DNA from: Eledone cirrhosa
Taxonomy: Eukaryota
NCBI GenBank assembly: GCA_964016885.1
Contig: OZ024742.1
Location: forward strand, 328,042,001-328,106,000
Direction of reading: 5' to 3'
DNA length: 64,000 nt
Both the position numbers and the translations under genes were made by a program. Shown here in pieces: positions 35,315-48,600 of the stretch; the stretch's first letter is position 1, and every line of letters starts with the position of its first letter. The notes below the pieces were generated by a model. That model searched no databases. It saw nothing but the letters and a program-made list of their open reading frames with translations, and had not been told where the DNA came from.

Positions 35315-36285
35315 CTAGCAGTAAAGCCCGGCGTTGCTCGGGGTCGCTCAGTAGCTGTGTTAAAGTTACAATGTTAAGTTTCTTTCTTGGCTTAAAAACT
35401 GTTGTGTCTACTGTGCAGACTTGCATGTGGTGTTTTTGATTAATATTCCCTCAACCAACAATATGCCTTATGAAGTTAAGAAAACATAACGATAACCCGA
35501 ATGTTATAACAAAAGAGGATGCTGGGGATAGAAACTGCACTGGTTATTTATTAACAAAGATCGAAAATGTAAACACTGCAACGCAGAGAAAAACATTAGC
35601 GTAACCAAATTATCAGTTATGTCTGTCTGCACGCCTATATCACCTCTCTGCACGACTGTCTGTCTGCACGCCTATATCACCTCTCTGCACGACTGTCTGT
35701 CTGCACGCCTATATCACCTCTCTGCACGACTGTCTGTCTGCACTCCTATATCACCTCTCTGCACGACTGTCTGTCTGCACGCGTATATCACCTCTCTGCA
35801 CGACTGTCTGTCTGCACGACTGTCTGTCTGCACGACTGTCTGTCTGCACGCCTAACGACGAAATATTTGCTTGTTTTACGTAGTCTTTAAATAGACTTGT
35901 TTTCAAGTAAAAATATTGTTTTAAAATGCTTTTAAATGGAAATGAAGCAAAACGGAAGCTTAGTGTTCGAACTGATGAATTTTGCAGGTCAATATTTTGC
36001 TGGTTCGACAAAACGCTGAGAAAGCCAGCGTAATTTTTTACGTAAGACGCTCAATGTAAACAGAACAAAGGGAAATAACTGATAACTTACGCTCAAAAAT
36101 CGATACATTATATTCGATTTCGTCACATAGGGTGGGTCAATTTGAAATTTTTTTTTTCCGATGTCTTCGCTAGGGCTCAATGTACAAGTATAGCAATTTC
36201 GGTGCAATTCCGTGAGAGATTCTAAGAGGAGATGTGTGCCAAAATTCGATAGACAGACAGACAACCACAGTTTTATATATATAGA
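35315..36285 (-). mobile_element. Non-autonomous Helitron
   Basis: Minus strand starts A|TCTATATATATAAAAC..GTCTGTCTGTC and ends with hairpin CCCG-agcaacgc-CGGG, 8 nt, then CTAG|T; inserted between A and T with no TSD. Confidence 0.85.
35620..35853. repeat. ~37-bp minisatellite inside the Helitron
   Basis: About five copies of GTCTGTCTGCACGCCTATATCACCTCTCTGCACGACT, then 16-bp subunits. Confidence 0.92.
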
Positions 36286-36520
36286 TTAATGGTAGTGGTA
36301 GTGGTAGTAGTAGTGGTGGTGGTGGTGGTGGTAGTAGTAGTAGTAGTGGTAACACCAGCAGCAATAGCAGCAGTAGTAAAAGTAGTAGAAGTAGTAGTAG
36401 TAGTAGTAGTAGCAGTAGTGGTGGGGGTAGTAGTAGTGGGGGTGGTAGTAATAGTAGTATCAGTAGATGCAGTAGTAGCAGCAGCAGCAGTAGTAGTAGT
36501 AGCAGTAGTAGTAGTAGTAG
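36286..36520. repeat. (GTA)n/(GTG)n/(GCA)n trinucleotide repeat
   Basis: Directly visible. Confidence 0.95.
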
Positions 36521-36654
36521 ATTATGATTCCCTTCTGTTTTCATGACTATGCTATCGTAAGGTCTTGACCAAATGTTGTATTTAAGTGTAGTGTTGATGT
36601 TATTGTTTGGTATGTGGTGGTGGACTCGTGTTGATATAAGTACTATAATTGGTT

Positions 36655-39600
36655 ATGTAGTTGTTGTTTTTGGTGATAGTGTTGGTATGGTGTTGTTGTA
36701 GTTGTTTTTGGTGATAGTATTGGTATGGTGTTGTTGTAGTTGTTTTTGGTGATAGTGTTGGTATGGTGTTGTTGTAGTAGTTGTTTTTGGTGATAGTGTT
36801 GGTATGGTGTTGTTGTAGTAGTTTTTGGTGATAGTGTTGGTATGGTGTTGTTGTAGTAGTTGTTTTTGGTGATAGTGTTGGTATGGTGTTGTAGTAGTTG
36901 TTTTTGGTGATAGTGTTGGTATGGTGTTGTTGTAGTTGTTTTTGGTGATAGTGTTGGTATGGCGTTGTTGTAGTTGTTTTTGGTGATAGTGTTGGTATGG
37001 TGTTGTTGTAGTAGTTGTTTTTGGTGATAGTGTTGGTATGGTGTTGTTGTAGTTGTTTTTGGTGATAGTGTTGGTATGGTGTTGTTGTAGTTGTTTTTGG
37101 TGATAGTGTTGGTATGGTGTTGTTGTGGTTGTTGTTTTTGGTGATAGTGTTGGTATGGTGTTGTTGTAGTTGTTTTTGGTGATAGTGTTGGTATGGTGTT
37201 GTTGTGGTTGTTGTTTTTGGTGATAGTGTTGGTATGGTGTTGTTGTGGTTGTTTTTGGTGATAGTATTGGTATGGTGTTGTTGTAGTAGTTGTTTTTGGT
37301 GATAGTGTTGGTATGGTGTTGTTGTAGTTGTTTTTGGTGATAGTGTTGGTATGGGGTTGTTGTGGTTGTTGTTTTTGGTGATAGTGTTGGTATGGTGTTG
37401 TTGTAGTTGTTTTTGGTGATATTGTTGGTATGGTGTTGTTGTTGTAGTAGTTGTTTTTGGTGATAGTGTTGGTATGGTGTTGTTGTAGTAGTTTTTGGTG
37501 ATAGTGTTGGCATGGTGTTGTTGTAGTAGATGTTTTTGGTGATATTGTTGGTATGGTGTTGTAGTAGTTGTTTTTAGTGATAGTGTTGGTATGGTGTTGT
37601 TGTAGTAGTTGTTTTTGGTGATAGTATTGGTATGGTGTTGTTGTAGTAGTTGTTTTTGGTGATAGTGTTGGTATGGTGTTGTTGTAGTAGTTGTTTTTGG
37701 TGTTAGTGTTGGTATGGTGTTGTTGTAGTAGTTGTTTTTGGTGTTAGTGTTGGTATGGTGTTGTAGTAGTTGTTTTTGGTGATAGTGTTGGTATGGTGTT
37801 GTTGTAGTTGTTTTTGGTGATAGTGTTGGTATGGTGTTGTTGTGGTTGTTGTTTTTGGTGATAGTGTTGGTATGGTGTTGTTGTAGTTGTTTTTGGTGAT
37901 AGTGTTGGTATGTGTTGTTGTGGTTGTTGTTTTTTGTGATAGTGTTGGTATGGTGTTGTTGTAGTAGTCGTTTTTGGCGATAGTGTTGGTATGGTGTGTA
38001 GTTGTTTTTGGTGATAGTGTTGGTATGGTGTTGTTGTAGTAGTTGTTTTTGGTGATAGTGTTGGTATGGTGTTGTTGTAGTTGTTTTTGGTGATAGTGTT
38101 GGTTTTGTGTTGTTGTAGTTGTTTTTGGTGATAGTGTTGGTATGGTGTTGTTGTAGTTGTTTTTGGTGATAGTATTGGTATGGTGTTGCTGTAGTTGTTT
38201 TTGGTGATAGTGTTGGTATGGTGTTGTTGGGGTTGTTTTTGGTGATAGTGTTGGTATGGTGTTGTTGTAGTAGTTCTTTTTGGTGATAGTGTTGGTATGG
38301 TGTTGTTGTAGTTGTTTTTGGCGATAATGTTGGTATGGTGCTGTTGTAGTTGTTTTTGGTGATAGTGTTGCTATGGTGTTGTTGTAGTAGTTGTTTTTGG
38401 TGTTAGTGTTGGTATGGTGTTGTAGTAGTTGTTTTTGGTGATAGTGTTGGTATGGTGTTGTTGTAGTTGTTTTTGGTGATAGTGTTGGTATGGTGTTGTT
38501 GTAGTTGTTTTTGGTGATAGTGTTGGTATGGTGTTGTTGTGGTTGCTGTTTTTGGTGATAGTGTTGGTATGGTGTTGTTGTAGTAGGTTTTGGTGATAGT
38601 GTTGGTATGGTGTTGTTGTGGTTGTTGTTTTTGGTGATAGTGTTGGTATGGTGTTGTTGTAGTAGTCGTTTTTGGTGATAGTGTTGGTATGGTGTTGTAG
38701 TTTGTTTTTGGTGATAGTGTTGGTATGGTGTTGTTGTAGTAGTTTTTGGTGATAGTGTTGGTATGGTGTTGTTGTAGTAGTTGTTTTTGGTGATAGTGTT
38801 GGTATGGTGTTGTTGTAGTTGTTTTTGGTGATAGTGTTGGTTTTGTGTTGTTGTAGTTGTTTTTGGTGATAGTGTTGGTATGGTGTTGTTGTAGTTGTTT
38901 TTGGTGACAGTATTGGTATGGTGTTGTTGTAGTTGTTTTTGCTGATAGTGTTGGTATTGTGTTGTTGTAGTTGTTTTTGGTGATAGTGTTGGTATGGTGT
39001 TGTTGTGGTTGTTTTTGGTGATAGTGTTGGTATGGTGTTGTTGTGGTTGTTTTTGGTGATAGTGTTGGTATGGTGTTGTTGTAGTAGTTGTTTTTGGTGA
39101 TAGTGTTGGTATGGTGTTGTTGTGGTTGTTTGCGGTGATAGTGTTGGTATGGTGTTGCAGTAGTTGTTTTTGGTGATAGTGTTGGTATGGTGTTGTTGTA
39201 GATTTTTTTTGGTGATAGTGTTGGTATGGTGTTGTTGTGGTTGTTGTTTTTGGTGATAGTGTTGGTATGGTGTTGTTGTAGTTGTTTTTGGTGATATTGT
39301 TGGTATGGTGTTGTTGTTGTAGTAGTTGTTTTTGGTGATAGTGTTGGTATGGTGTTGTTGTAGTAGTTTTTGGTGATAGTGTTGGCATGGTGTTGTTGTA
39401 GTAGATGTTTTTGGTGATATTGTTGGTATGGTGTTGTAGTAGTTGTTTTTAGTGATAGTGTTGGTATGGTGTTGTTGTAGCAGTTGTTTTTGGTGATAGT
39501 ATTGGTATGGTGTTGTTGTAGTAGTTGTTTTTGGTGATAGTGTTGGTATGGTGTTGTTGTAGTAGTTGTTTTTGGTGATAGTGTTGGTATGGTGTTGTTG

Positions 39601-42600
39601 TAGTAGTTGTTTTTGGTGTTAGTGTTGGTATGGTGTTGTTGTAGTAGTTGTTTTTGGTGTTAGTGTTGGTATGGTGTTGTAGTAGTTGTTTTTGGTGATA
39701 GTGTTGGTATGGTGTTGTTGTAGTTGTTTTTGGTGATAGTGTTGGTATGGTGTTGTTGTGGTTGTTGTTTTTGGTGATAGTGTTGGTATGGTGTTGTTGT
39801 AGTTGTTTTTGGTGATAGTGTTGGTATGTGTTGTTGTGGTTGTTGTTTTTGGTGATAGTGTTGGTATGGTGTTGTTGTAGTAGTCGTTTTTGGCGATAGT
39901 GTTGGTATGGTGTGTAGTTGTTTTTGGTGATAGTGTTGGTATGGTGTTGTTCTAGTAGTTGTTTTTGGTGATAGTGTTGGTATGGTGTTGTTGTAGTTGT
40001 TTTTGGTGATAGTGTTGGTTTTGTGTTGTTGTAGTTGTTTTTGGTGATAGTGTTGGTATGGTGTTGTTGTAGTTGTTTTTGGTGATAGTATTGGTATGGT
40101 GTTGCTGTAGTTGTTTTTGGTGATAGTGTTGGTATGGTGTTGTTGGGGTTGTTTTTGGTGATAGTGTTGGTATGGTGTTGTTGTAGTAGTTCTTTTTGGT
40201 GATAGTGTTGGTATGGTGTTGTTGTAGTTGTTTTTGGCGATAGTGTTGGTATGGTGCTGTTGTAGTTGTTTTTGGTGATAGTGTTGGTATGGTGTTGTTG
40301 TGGTTGTTGTTTTTGGTGATAGTGTTGGTATGGTGCTGTTGTGGTTGTTGTTTTTGGTGATAGTGTTGGTATGGTGTTGTTGTAGCAGTTGTTTTTGGTG
40401 ATAGTGTTGGTATGGTGTTGTTGTAGTTGTTTTTGGTGATAGTGTTGGTTTTGTGTTGTTGTAGTTGTTTTTGGTGATAGTGTTGGTATGGTGTTGTTGT
40501 AGTAGTTTTTGGAGATAGTGTTGGTATGGTGTTGTTGTAGTAGTTGTTTTTGGTGATAGTGTTGGTATGGTGTTGTTGTAGTTGTTTTTGGTGATAGTGT
40601 TGGTTTTGTGTTGTTGTAGTTGTTTTGGTGATAGTGTTGGTATGGTGTTGTTGTAGTTGTTTTTGGTGATAGTATTGGTATGGTGTTGTTGTAGTTGTTT
40701 TTGGTGATAGTGTTGGTATGGTGTTGTTGTAGTTGTTTTTGGTGATAGTGTTGGTATGGTGTTGTTGTGGTTGTTTTTGGTGATAGTGTTGGTATGGTGT
40801 TGTTGTAGTAGTTGTTTTTGGTGATAGTGTTGGTATGGTGCTGTTGTGGTTGTTTTTGGTGATAGTGTTGATATGGTGTTGTTGTAGTTGCTTTTGGTGA
40901 TAGTGTTGGTATGGTGCTGTTGTAGTTGTTTTTGGTGATAGTGTTGCTATGGTGTTGTTGTAGTAGTTGTTTTTGGTGATAGTGTTGGTATGGTGTTGTT
41001 GTAGTAGTTGTTTTTGGTGATAGTGTTGGTATGATGTTGTTGTAGTTGTTTTTGGTGATAGTGTTGGTATGGTGCTGTTGTAGTTGTTTTTGGTGATAGT
41101 GTTGGTATGGTGTTGTTGTTGTAGTAGTTGTTTTTGGTGATAGTGTTGGTATGGTGTTGTTGTGGTTGTTTTTGGTGATAGTATTGATATGGTGTTGTAG
41201 TTGTTGTTTTTGGTGATAGTGTTGGTATGGTGTTGTTGTAGTAGTTGTTTTTGGTGATAGTGTTGGTATGGTGTTGTTGTAGTAGTTGTTTTTGGTGATA
41301 GTGTTGGTATGGTGTTGTTGTGGTTGTTTGTGGTGATAGTATTGGTATGGTGTTGCAGTAGTTGTTTTTGGTGATAGTGTTGGTATGGTGTTGTTGTAGT
41401 TTTTTTTGGTGATAGTGTTGGTATGGTGTTGTTGTGGTTGTTGTTTTTGGTGATAGTGTTGGTATGGTGCTGTTGTGGTTGTTGTTTTTGGTGATAGTGT
41501 TGGTATGGTGTTGTTGTAGTAGTTGTTTTTGGTGATAGTGTTGGTATGGTGTTGTTGTAGTTGTTTTTGGTGATAGTGTTGGTATGGTGTTGTTGTAGTT
41601 GTTCTTGGTGATAGTGTTGGTATGGTGTTGTTCTAGTTGTTTTTGGTGATAGTGTCGGTATGGTGTTGTTGTGGTTGTTGTTTTTGGTGATAGTGTTGGT
41701 ATGGTGTTGTTGTTGTTGTTGTTTTTGGTGATAGTGTTGGTATGGTGTTGTTGTAGTTGTTTTTGGTGATAGTGTTGGTATGGTGTTGTTGTGGATGTTG
41801 TTTTTGGTGATAGTGTTGGTATGGTGTTGTTGTGGTTGTTTTTGGTGATAGTATTGGTATGGTGTTGTAGTTGTTTTTGGTAATAGTGTTGGTATGGTGT
41901 TGTTGTAGTTGTTTTTGGTGATAGTGTTGGTATGGTGTTGTTGTGGTTGTTGTTTTTGGTGATAGTGTTGGTATGGTGTTGTTGTAGTTGATTTTGGTGA
42001 TAGTGTTGGTATGGTGTTGTTGTTGTAGTAGTTGTTTTTGGTGATAGTGTTGGTATGGTGTTGTAGTAGTTTTTGGTGATAGTGTTGGTATGGTGTTGTT
42101 GTAGTAGTTTTTGGTGATAGTGTTGGTATGGTGTTGTTGTAGTTGTTTTTGGTGATAGTGTTGGTATGGTGTTGTTGTAGATGTTTTTGGTGATAGTGTT
42201 GGTATGGTGTTGTTGTAGTTGTTTTTGGTGATAGTGTTGGTATGGTGTTGTTGTGGTTGTTGTTTTTGGTGATAGTGTTGGTATGGTGTTGTTGTTGTTG
42301 TTTTTGGTGATAGTGTTGGTATGGTGTTGTTGTGGTTGTTGTTTTTGGTGATAGTGTTGGTATGGTGTTGTTGTGGTTGTTTTTGGTGATAGTATTGGTA
42401 TGGTGTTGTAGTTGTTTTTGGTGATAGTGTTGGTATGGTGTTTTTGTAGTTGTTTTTGGTGATAGTGTTGGTATGGTGTTGTCGTGGTTGTTGTTTTTGG
42501 TGATAGTGTTGGTATGGTGTTGTTGTGGTTGTTTTTGGTGATAGTATTGGTATGGTGTTGTTGTTGATTATGGTGATAGTGTTGGTATGGTGTTGTTGTA

Positions 42601-45600
42601 GTTGTTTTGGGTGATAGTGTTGGTATGGTGTTGTTGTGGTTGTTGTTTTTGGTGATAGTGTTGGTATGGTGTTGTTGTAGTTGTTTTTGGTGATAGTGTT
42701 GGTATGGTGTTGTTGTTGTAGTAGTTGTTTTTGGTGATAGTGTTGGTATGGTGTTGTTGTAGTCGTTTTTGGTGATAGTGTTGGTATGGTGTTGTTGTAG
42801 TAGTTTTTGGTGATAGTGTTGGTATGGTGTTGTTGTGGTTGTTGTGGTTGTTGTTTTTGGTGATAGTGTTGGTATGGTGTTGTTGTTGTTGTTTTTGGTG
42901 ATAGTGTTGGTATGGTGTTGTTGTAGCAGTTGTTTTTGGTGATAGTGTTGGTATGGTGTTGTTGTAGTTGTTTTTGGTGATAGTGTTGGTTTTGTGTTGT
43001 TGTAGTTGTTTTTGGTGATAGTGTTGGTATGGTGTTGTTGTAGTTGTTTTTGGTGATAGTTTTGGTATGGTGTTGTTGTGGTTGTTGTTTTTGGTGATAG
43101 TGTTGGTATGGTGTTGTTGTGGTTGTTGTTTTTGGTGATAGTGTTGGTATGGTGTTGTTGTAGTTGTTTTTGGTGATAGTGTTGGTATGGTGTTGTCTTG
43201 GTTGTTGTTTTTGGTGATAGTGTTGGTATGGTGTTGTTGTGGTTGTTTTTGGTGATAGTATTGGTATGGTGTTGTTGTTGATTATGGTGATAGTGTTGGT
43301 ATGGTGTTGTTGTAGTTGTTTTTGGTGATAGTGTTGGTATGGTGTTGTTGTGGTTGTTGTTTTTGGTGATAGTGTTGGTATGGTGTTGTTGTAGTTGTTT
43401 TTGGTGATAGTGTTGGTATGGTGTTGTTGTTGTAGTAGTTGTTTTTGGTGATAGTGTTGGTATGGTGTTGTTGTAGTCGTTTTTGGTGATAGTGTTGGTA
43501 TGGTGTTGTTGTAGTAGTTTTTGGTGATAGTGTTGGTATGGTGTTGTTGTAGTAGTTGTTTTTGGTGATAGTGTTGGTATGGTGTTGTTGTAGTAGTTGT
43601 TTTTGGTGATAGTGTTGGTATGGTGTTGTTGTAGTAGTTTTTTGTGATATTGTTGGTATGGCGTTGTTTTAGTAGTTGTTTTTAGTGATAGTGTTGGTAT
43701 GGTGTTGTTGAGGTAGTTGTTTTTGGTGATAGTATTGGTATGGTGTTGTTGTAGTAGTTGTTTTTGGTGATAGTGTTGGTATGGTGTTGTTGTAGTAGTT
43801 GTTTTTGGTGATAGTGTTGGTATGGTGTTGTTGTAGTAGTTGTTTTTGGTGTTAGTGTTGGTATGGTGTTGTTGTAGTAGTTGTTTTTGGTGTTAGTGTT
43901 GGTATGGTGTTGTAGTAGCTGTTTTTGGTGATAGTGTTGGTCTGGTGTTGCTGTAGTTGTTTTTGGTGATATTGTTGGTATGGTGTTGTTGTAGTCGTTT
44001 TTGGTGATAGTGTTGGTATGGTGTTGTTGTAGTAGTTTTTGGTGATAGTGTTGGTATGGTGTTGTTGTAGTAGTTGTTTTTGGTGATAGTGTTGGTATGG
44101 TGTTGTTGTAGTAGTTGTTTTTGGTGATAGTGTTGGTATGGTGTTGTTGTAGTAGTTTTTTGTGATATTGTTGGTATGGCGTTGTTTTAGTAGTTGTTTT
44201 TAGTGATAGTGTTGGTATGGTGTTGTTGTAGTAGTTGTTTTTGGTGATAGTATTGGTATGGTGTTGTTGTAGTAGTTGTTTTTGGTGATAGTGTTGGTAT
44301 GGTGTTGTTGTAGTTGTTTTTGGTGATAGTGTTGGTATGGTGTTGTTGTGGTTGTTGTTTTTGGTGATAGTGTTGGTATGGTGTTGTTGTAGTAGGTTTT
44401 GGTGATAGTGTTGGTATGGTGTTGTTGTGGTTGTTGTTTTTGGTTATAGTGTTGGTATGGTGTTGTTGTAGTAGTCGTTTTTGGTGATAGTGTTGGTATG
44501 GTGTTGTAGTTGTTTTTGGTGATAGTGTTGGTATGGTGTTGTTGTAGTAGTTTTGGGAGATAGTGTTGGTATGGTGTTGTTGTAGTAGTTGTTTTTGGTG
44601 ATAGTGTTGGTATGGTGTTGTTGTAGTTGTTTTTGGTGATAGTGTTGGTTTTGTGTTGTTGTAGTTGTTTTTGGTGATAGTGTTGGTATGGTGTTGTTGT
44701 AGTTGTTTTTGGTGATAGTATTGGTATGGTGTTGTTGTAGTTGTTTTTGGTGATAGTGTTGGTATGGTGTTGTTGTAGTTGTTTTTGGTGATAGTGTTGG
44801 TATGGTGTTGTTGTGGTTGTTTTTGGTGATAGTGTTGGTAAGGTGTTGTTGTAGAAGTTGTTTTTGGTGATAGTGTTGGTATGGTGCTGTTGTGGTTGTT
44901 TTTGGTGATAGTGTTGATATGGTGTTGTTGTAGTTGCTTTTGGTGATAGTGTTGGTATGGTGCTGTTGTAGTTGTTTTTGGTGATAGTGTTGCTATGGTG
45001 TTGTTGTAGTAGTTGTTTTTGGTGATAGTGTTGGTATGGTGTTGTTGTAGTAGTTGTTTTTGGTGATAGTGTTGGTATGATGTTGTTGTAGTTGTTTTGG
45101 TGATAGTGTTGGTATGGTGCTGTTGTAGTTGTTTTTGGTGATAGTGTTGGTATGGTGTTGTTGTTGTAGTAGTTGTTTTTGGTGATAGTGTTGGTATGGT
45201 GTTGTTGTGGTTGTTTTTGGTGATAGTATTGATATGGTGTTGTAGTTGTTGTTTTTGGTGATAGTGTTGGTATGGTGTTGTTGTAGTAGTTGTTTTTGGT
45301 GATAGTGTTGGTATGGTGTTGTTGTAGTAGTTGTTTTTGGTGATAGTACTGGTATGGTGTTGTTGTGGTTGTTTGTGGTGATAGTATTGGTATGGTGTTG
45401 CAGTAGTTGTTTTTGGTGATAGTGTTGGTATGGTGTTGTTGTAGTTTTTTTTGGTGATAGTGTTGGTATGGTGTTGTTGTGGTTGTTGTTTTTGGTGATA
45501 GTGTTGGTATGGTGCTGTTGTGGTTGTTGTTTTTGGTGATAGTGTTGGTATGGTGTTGTTGTAGTAGTTGTTTTTGGTGATAGTGTTGGTATGGTGTTGT

Positions 45601-48600
45601 TGTAGTTGTTTTTGGTGATAGTGTTGGTATGGTGTTGTTGTAGTTGTTCTTGGTGATAGTGTTGGTATGGTGTTGTTCTAGTTGTTTTTGGTGATAGTGT
45701 CGGTATGGTGTTGTTGTGGTTGTTGTTTTTGGTGATAGTGTTGGTATGGTGTTGTTGTGTGTTGTTGTTTTTGGTGATAGTGTTGGTATGGTGTTGTTGT
45801 AGTTGTTTTTGGTGATAGTGTTGGTATGGTGTTGTTGTGGATGTGTTTTTGGTGATAGTGTTGGTATGGTGTTGTTGTGGTTGTTTTTGGTGATAGTATT
45901 GGTATGGTGTTGTAGTTGTTTTTGGTAATAGTGTTGGTATGGTGTTGTTGTAGTTGTTTTTGGTGATAGTGTTGGTATGGTGTTGTTGTGGTTGTTGTTT
46001 TTGGTGATAGTGTTGGTATGGTGTTGTTGTAGTTGATGTTGGTGATAGTGTTGGTATGGTGTTGTTGTTGTAGTAGTTGTTTTTGGTGATAGTGTTGGTA
46101 TGGTGTTGTTGTAGTAGTTTTGGGTGATAGTGTTGGTATGGTGTTGTTGTAGTAGTTTTTGGTGATAGTGTTGGTATGGTGTTGTTGTAGTTGTTTTTGG
46201 TGATAGTGTTGGTATGGTGTTGTTGTGGTTGTTGTTTTTGGTGATAGTGTTGGTATGGTGTTGTTGTTGTTGTTTTTGGTGATAGTGTTGGTATGGTGTT
46301 GTTGTGGTTGTTGTTTTTGGTGATAGTGTTGGTATGGTGTTGTTGTGGTTGTTTTTGGTGATAGTATTGGTATGGTGTTGTAGTTGTTTTTGGTGATAGT
46401 GTTGGTATGGTGTTTTTGTAGTTGTTTTTGGTGATAGTGTTGGTATGGTGTTGTTGTGGTTGTTGTTTTTGGTGATAGTGTTGGTATGGTGTTGTTGTAG
46501 TTGTTTTTGGTGATAGTGTTGGTATGGTGTTGTTGTTGTAGTAGTTGTTTTTGTTGATAGTGTTGGTATGGTGTTGTTGTAGTAGTTTTTGGTGATAGTG
46601 TTGGTATGGTGTTGTTGCAGTAGTTGTTTTTGGTGATAGTGTTGGTATGGTGTTGTTGTAGTAGTTTTTGGTGATAGTGTTGGTATGGTGTTGTTATAGT
46701 AGTTTTTGGTGATAGTGTTGGTATGGTGTTGTTGTAGTAGTTGTTTTTGGTGATAGTGTTGGTATGGTGTTGTTGTAGTAGTGATTTTTGGTGATAGTGT
46801 TGGTATGGTGTTGTTGTAGTAGTTTTTGGTGATATTGTTGGTATGGTGTTGTTGTAGTAGTTGTTTTTAGTGATAGTGTTGGTATGGTGTTGTTGTAGTA
46901 GTTGTTTTTGGTGATAGTATTGGTATGGTGTTGTTGTAGTAGTTGTTTTTGGTGATAGTGTTGGTATGGTGTTGTTGTAGTAGTTGTTTTTGGTGTTAGT
47001 GTTGGTATGGTGTTGTAGTAGTCGTTTTGGTGATAGTGTTGGTATGGTGTTGTTGTAGTAGTTGTTTTTGGTGATAGTGTTGGTATGGTGTTGTTGTAGT
47101 TGTTTTTGGTGATAGTGTTGGTATGGTGTTGTTGTAGTTGTTTTTGGTGATAGTGTTGGTTTTGTGTTGTTGTAGCTGTTTTTGGTGATAGTGTTGGTAT
47201 GGTGTTGTTGTAGTTGTTTTTGGTGATAGTGTTGGTATGGTGTTGTTGTGGTTGTTGTTTTTGGTGATAGTGTTGGTATGGTGTTGTTGTGGTTGTTTTT
47301 GGTGATAGTATTGGAATGGTGTTGTAGTTGTTTTTGGTGATAGTGTTGGTATGGTGTTTTTGAAGTTGTTTTTGGTGATAGTGTTGGTATGGTGTTGTTG
47401 TGGTTGTTGTTTTTGGTGATAGTGTTGGTATGGTGTTGTTATAGTTGTTTTTGGTGATAGTGTTGGTATGGTGTTGTTGTTGTAGTAGTTGTTTTTGGTG
47501 ATAGTGTTGGTATGGTGTTGTTGTAGTAGTTTTTGGTGATAGTGTTGCTATGGTGTTGTTGTAGGAGTTGTTTTTGGTGATAGTGTTGGTATGGTGTTGT
47601 TGTAGTAGTTGTTTTTGGTGGTAGTGTTGGTATGGTGTTGTTGTAGTAGTTTTTGGTGATAGTGTTTCTATGGTGTTGTTATAGTAGTTTTTGGTGATAG
47701 TGTTGGTATGGTGTTGTTGTAGTAGTTGTTTTTGGTGATAGTTTTGGTATGGTGTTGTTGTAGTAGTTGTTTTTGGTGATAGTGTTGGTATGGTGTTGTA
47801 GTAGTTTTTGGTGATATTGTTGGTATGGTGTTGTTGTAGTAGTTGTTTTTAGTGATAGTGTTGGTATGGTGTTTTTGTAGTAGTTGTTTTTGGTGATAGT
47901 ATTGGTATGGTGTTGTTGTAGTAGTTGTTTTTGGTGATAGTGTTGGTATGGTGTTGTTGTAGTAGTTGTTTTTGGTGATAGTGTTGGTATGGTGTTGTTG
48001 TAGTAGTTGTTTTTGGTGATAGTGTTGGTATGGTGTTGTTGTAGTAGTTGTTTTTGATGTTAGTGTTGGTATGGTGTTGTAGTAGTTGTTTTTGGTGATA
48101 GTGTTGGTATGGTGTTGTTGTAGTTGTTTTTGGTGATAGTGTTGGTATGGTGTTGTTGTAGTTGTTTTTGGTGATAGTGTTGGTATGGTGTTGTTGTGGT
48201 TGTTGTTTTTGGTGATAGTGTTGGTATGGTGTTGTTGTAGTAGGTTTTGGTGATAGTGTTGGTATGGTGTTGTTCTAGTTGTTTTTGGTGATAGTGTCGG
48301 TATGGTGTTGTTGTGGTTGTTGTTTTTGGTTATAGTGTTGGTATGGTGTTGTTGTAGTAGTCGTTTTTGGTGATAGTGTTGGTATGGTGTTGTAGTTGTT
48401 TTTGGTGATAGTGTTGGTATGGTGTTGTTGTAGTAGTTTTGGGAGATAGTGTTGGTATGGTGTTGTTGTAGTAGTTGTTTTTGGTGATAGTGTTGGTATG
48501 GTGTTGTTGTAGTTGTTTTTGGTGATAGTGTTGGTTTTGTGTTGTTGTAGTTGTTTTTGGTGATAGTGTTGGTATGGTGTTGTTGTAGTTGTTTTTGGTG

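Noticed and set aside
35968-36030. CTGATGA inside the Helitron as a hammerhead
   Set aside because: No convincing stem II, GAAA and stem III arrangement
36653-39388. 286-aa and 561-aa Thr/Gln/His/Asn-rich ORFs (mucin-like)
   Set aside because: Satellite translation: ATGs arise from sporadic variants, the unit length is not a multiple of 3, and 1-bp indels occur in the array
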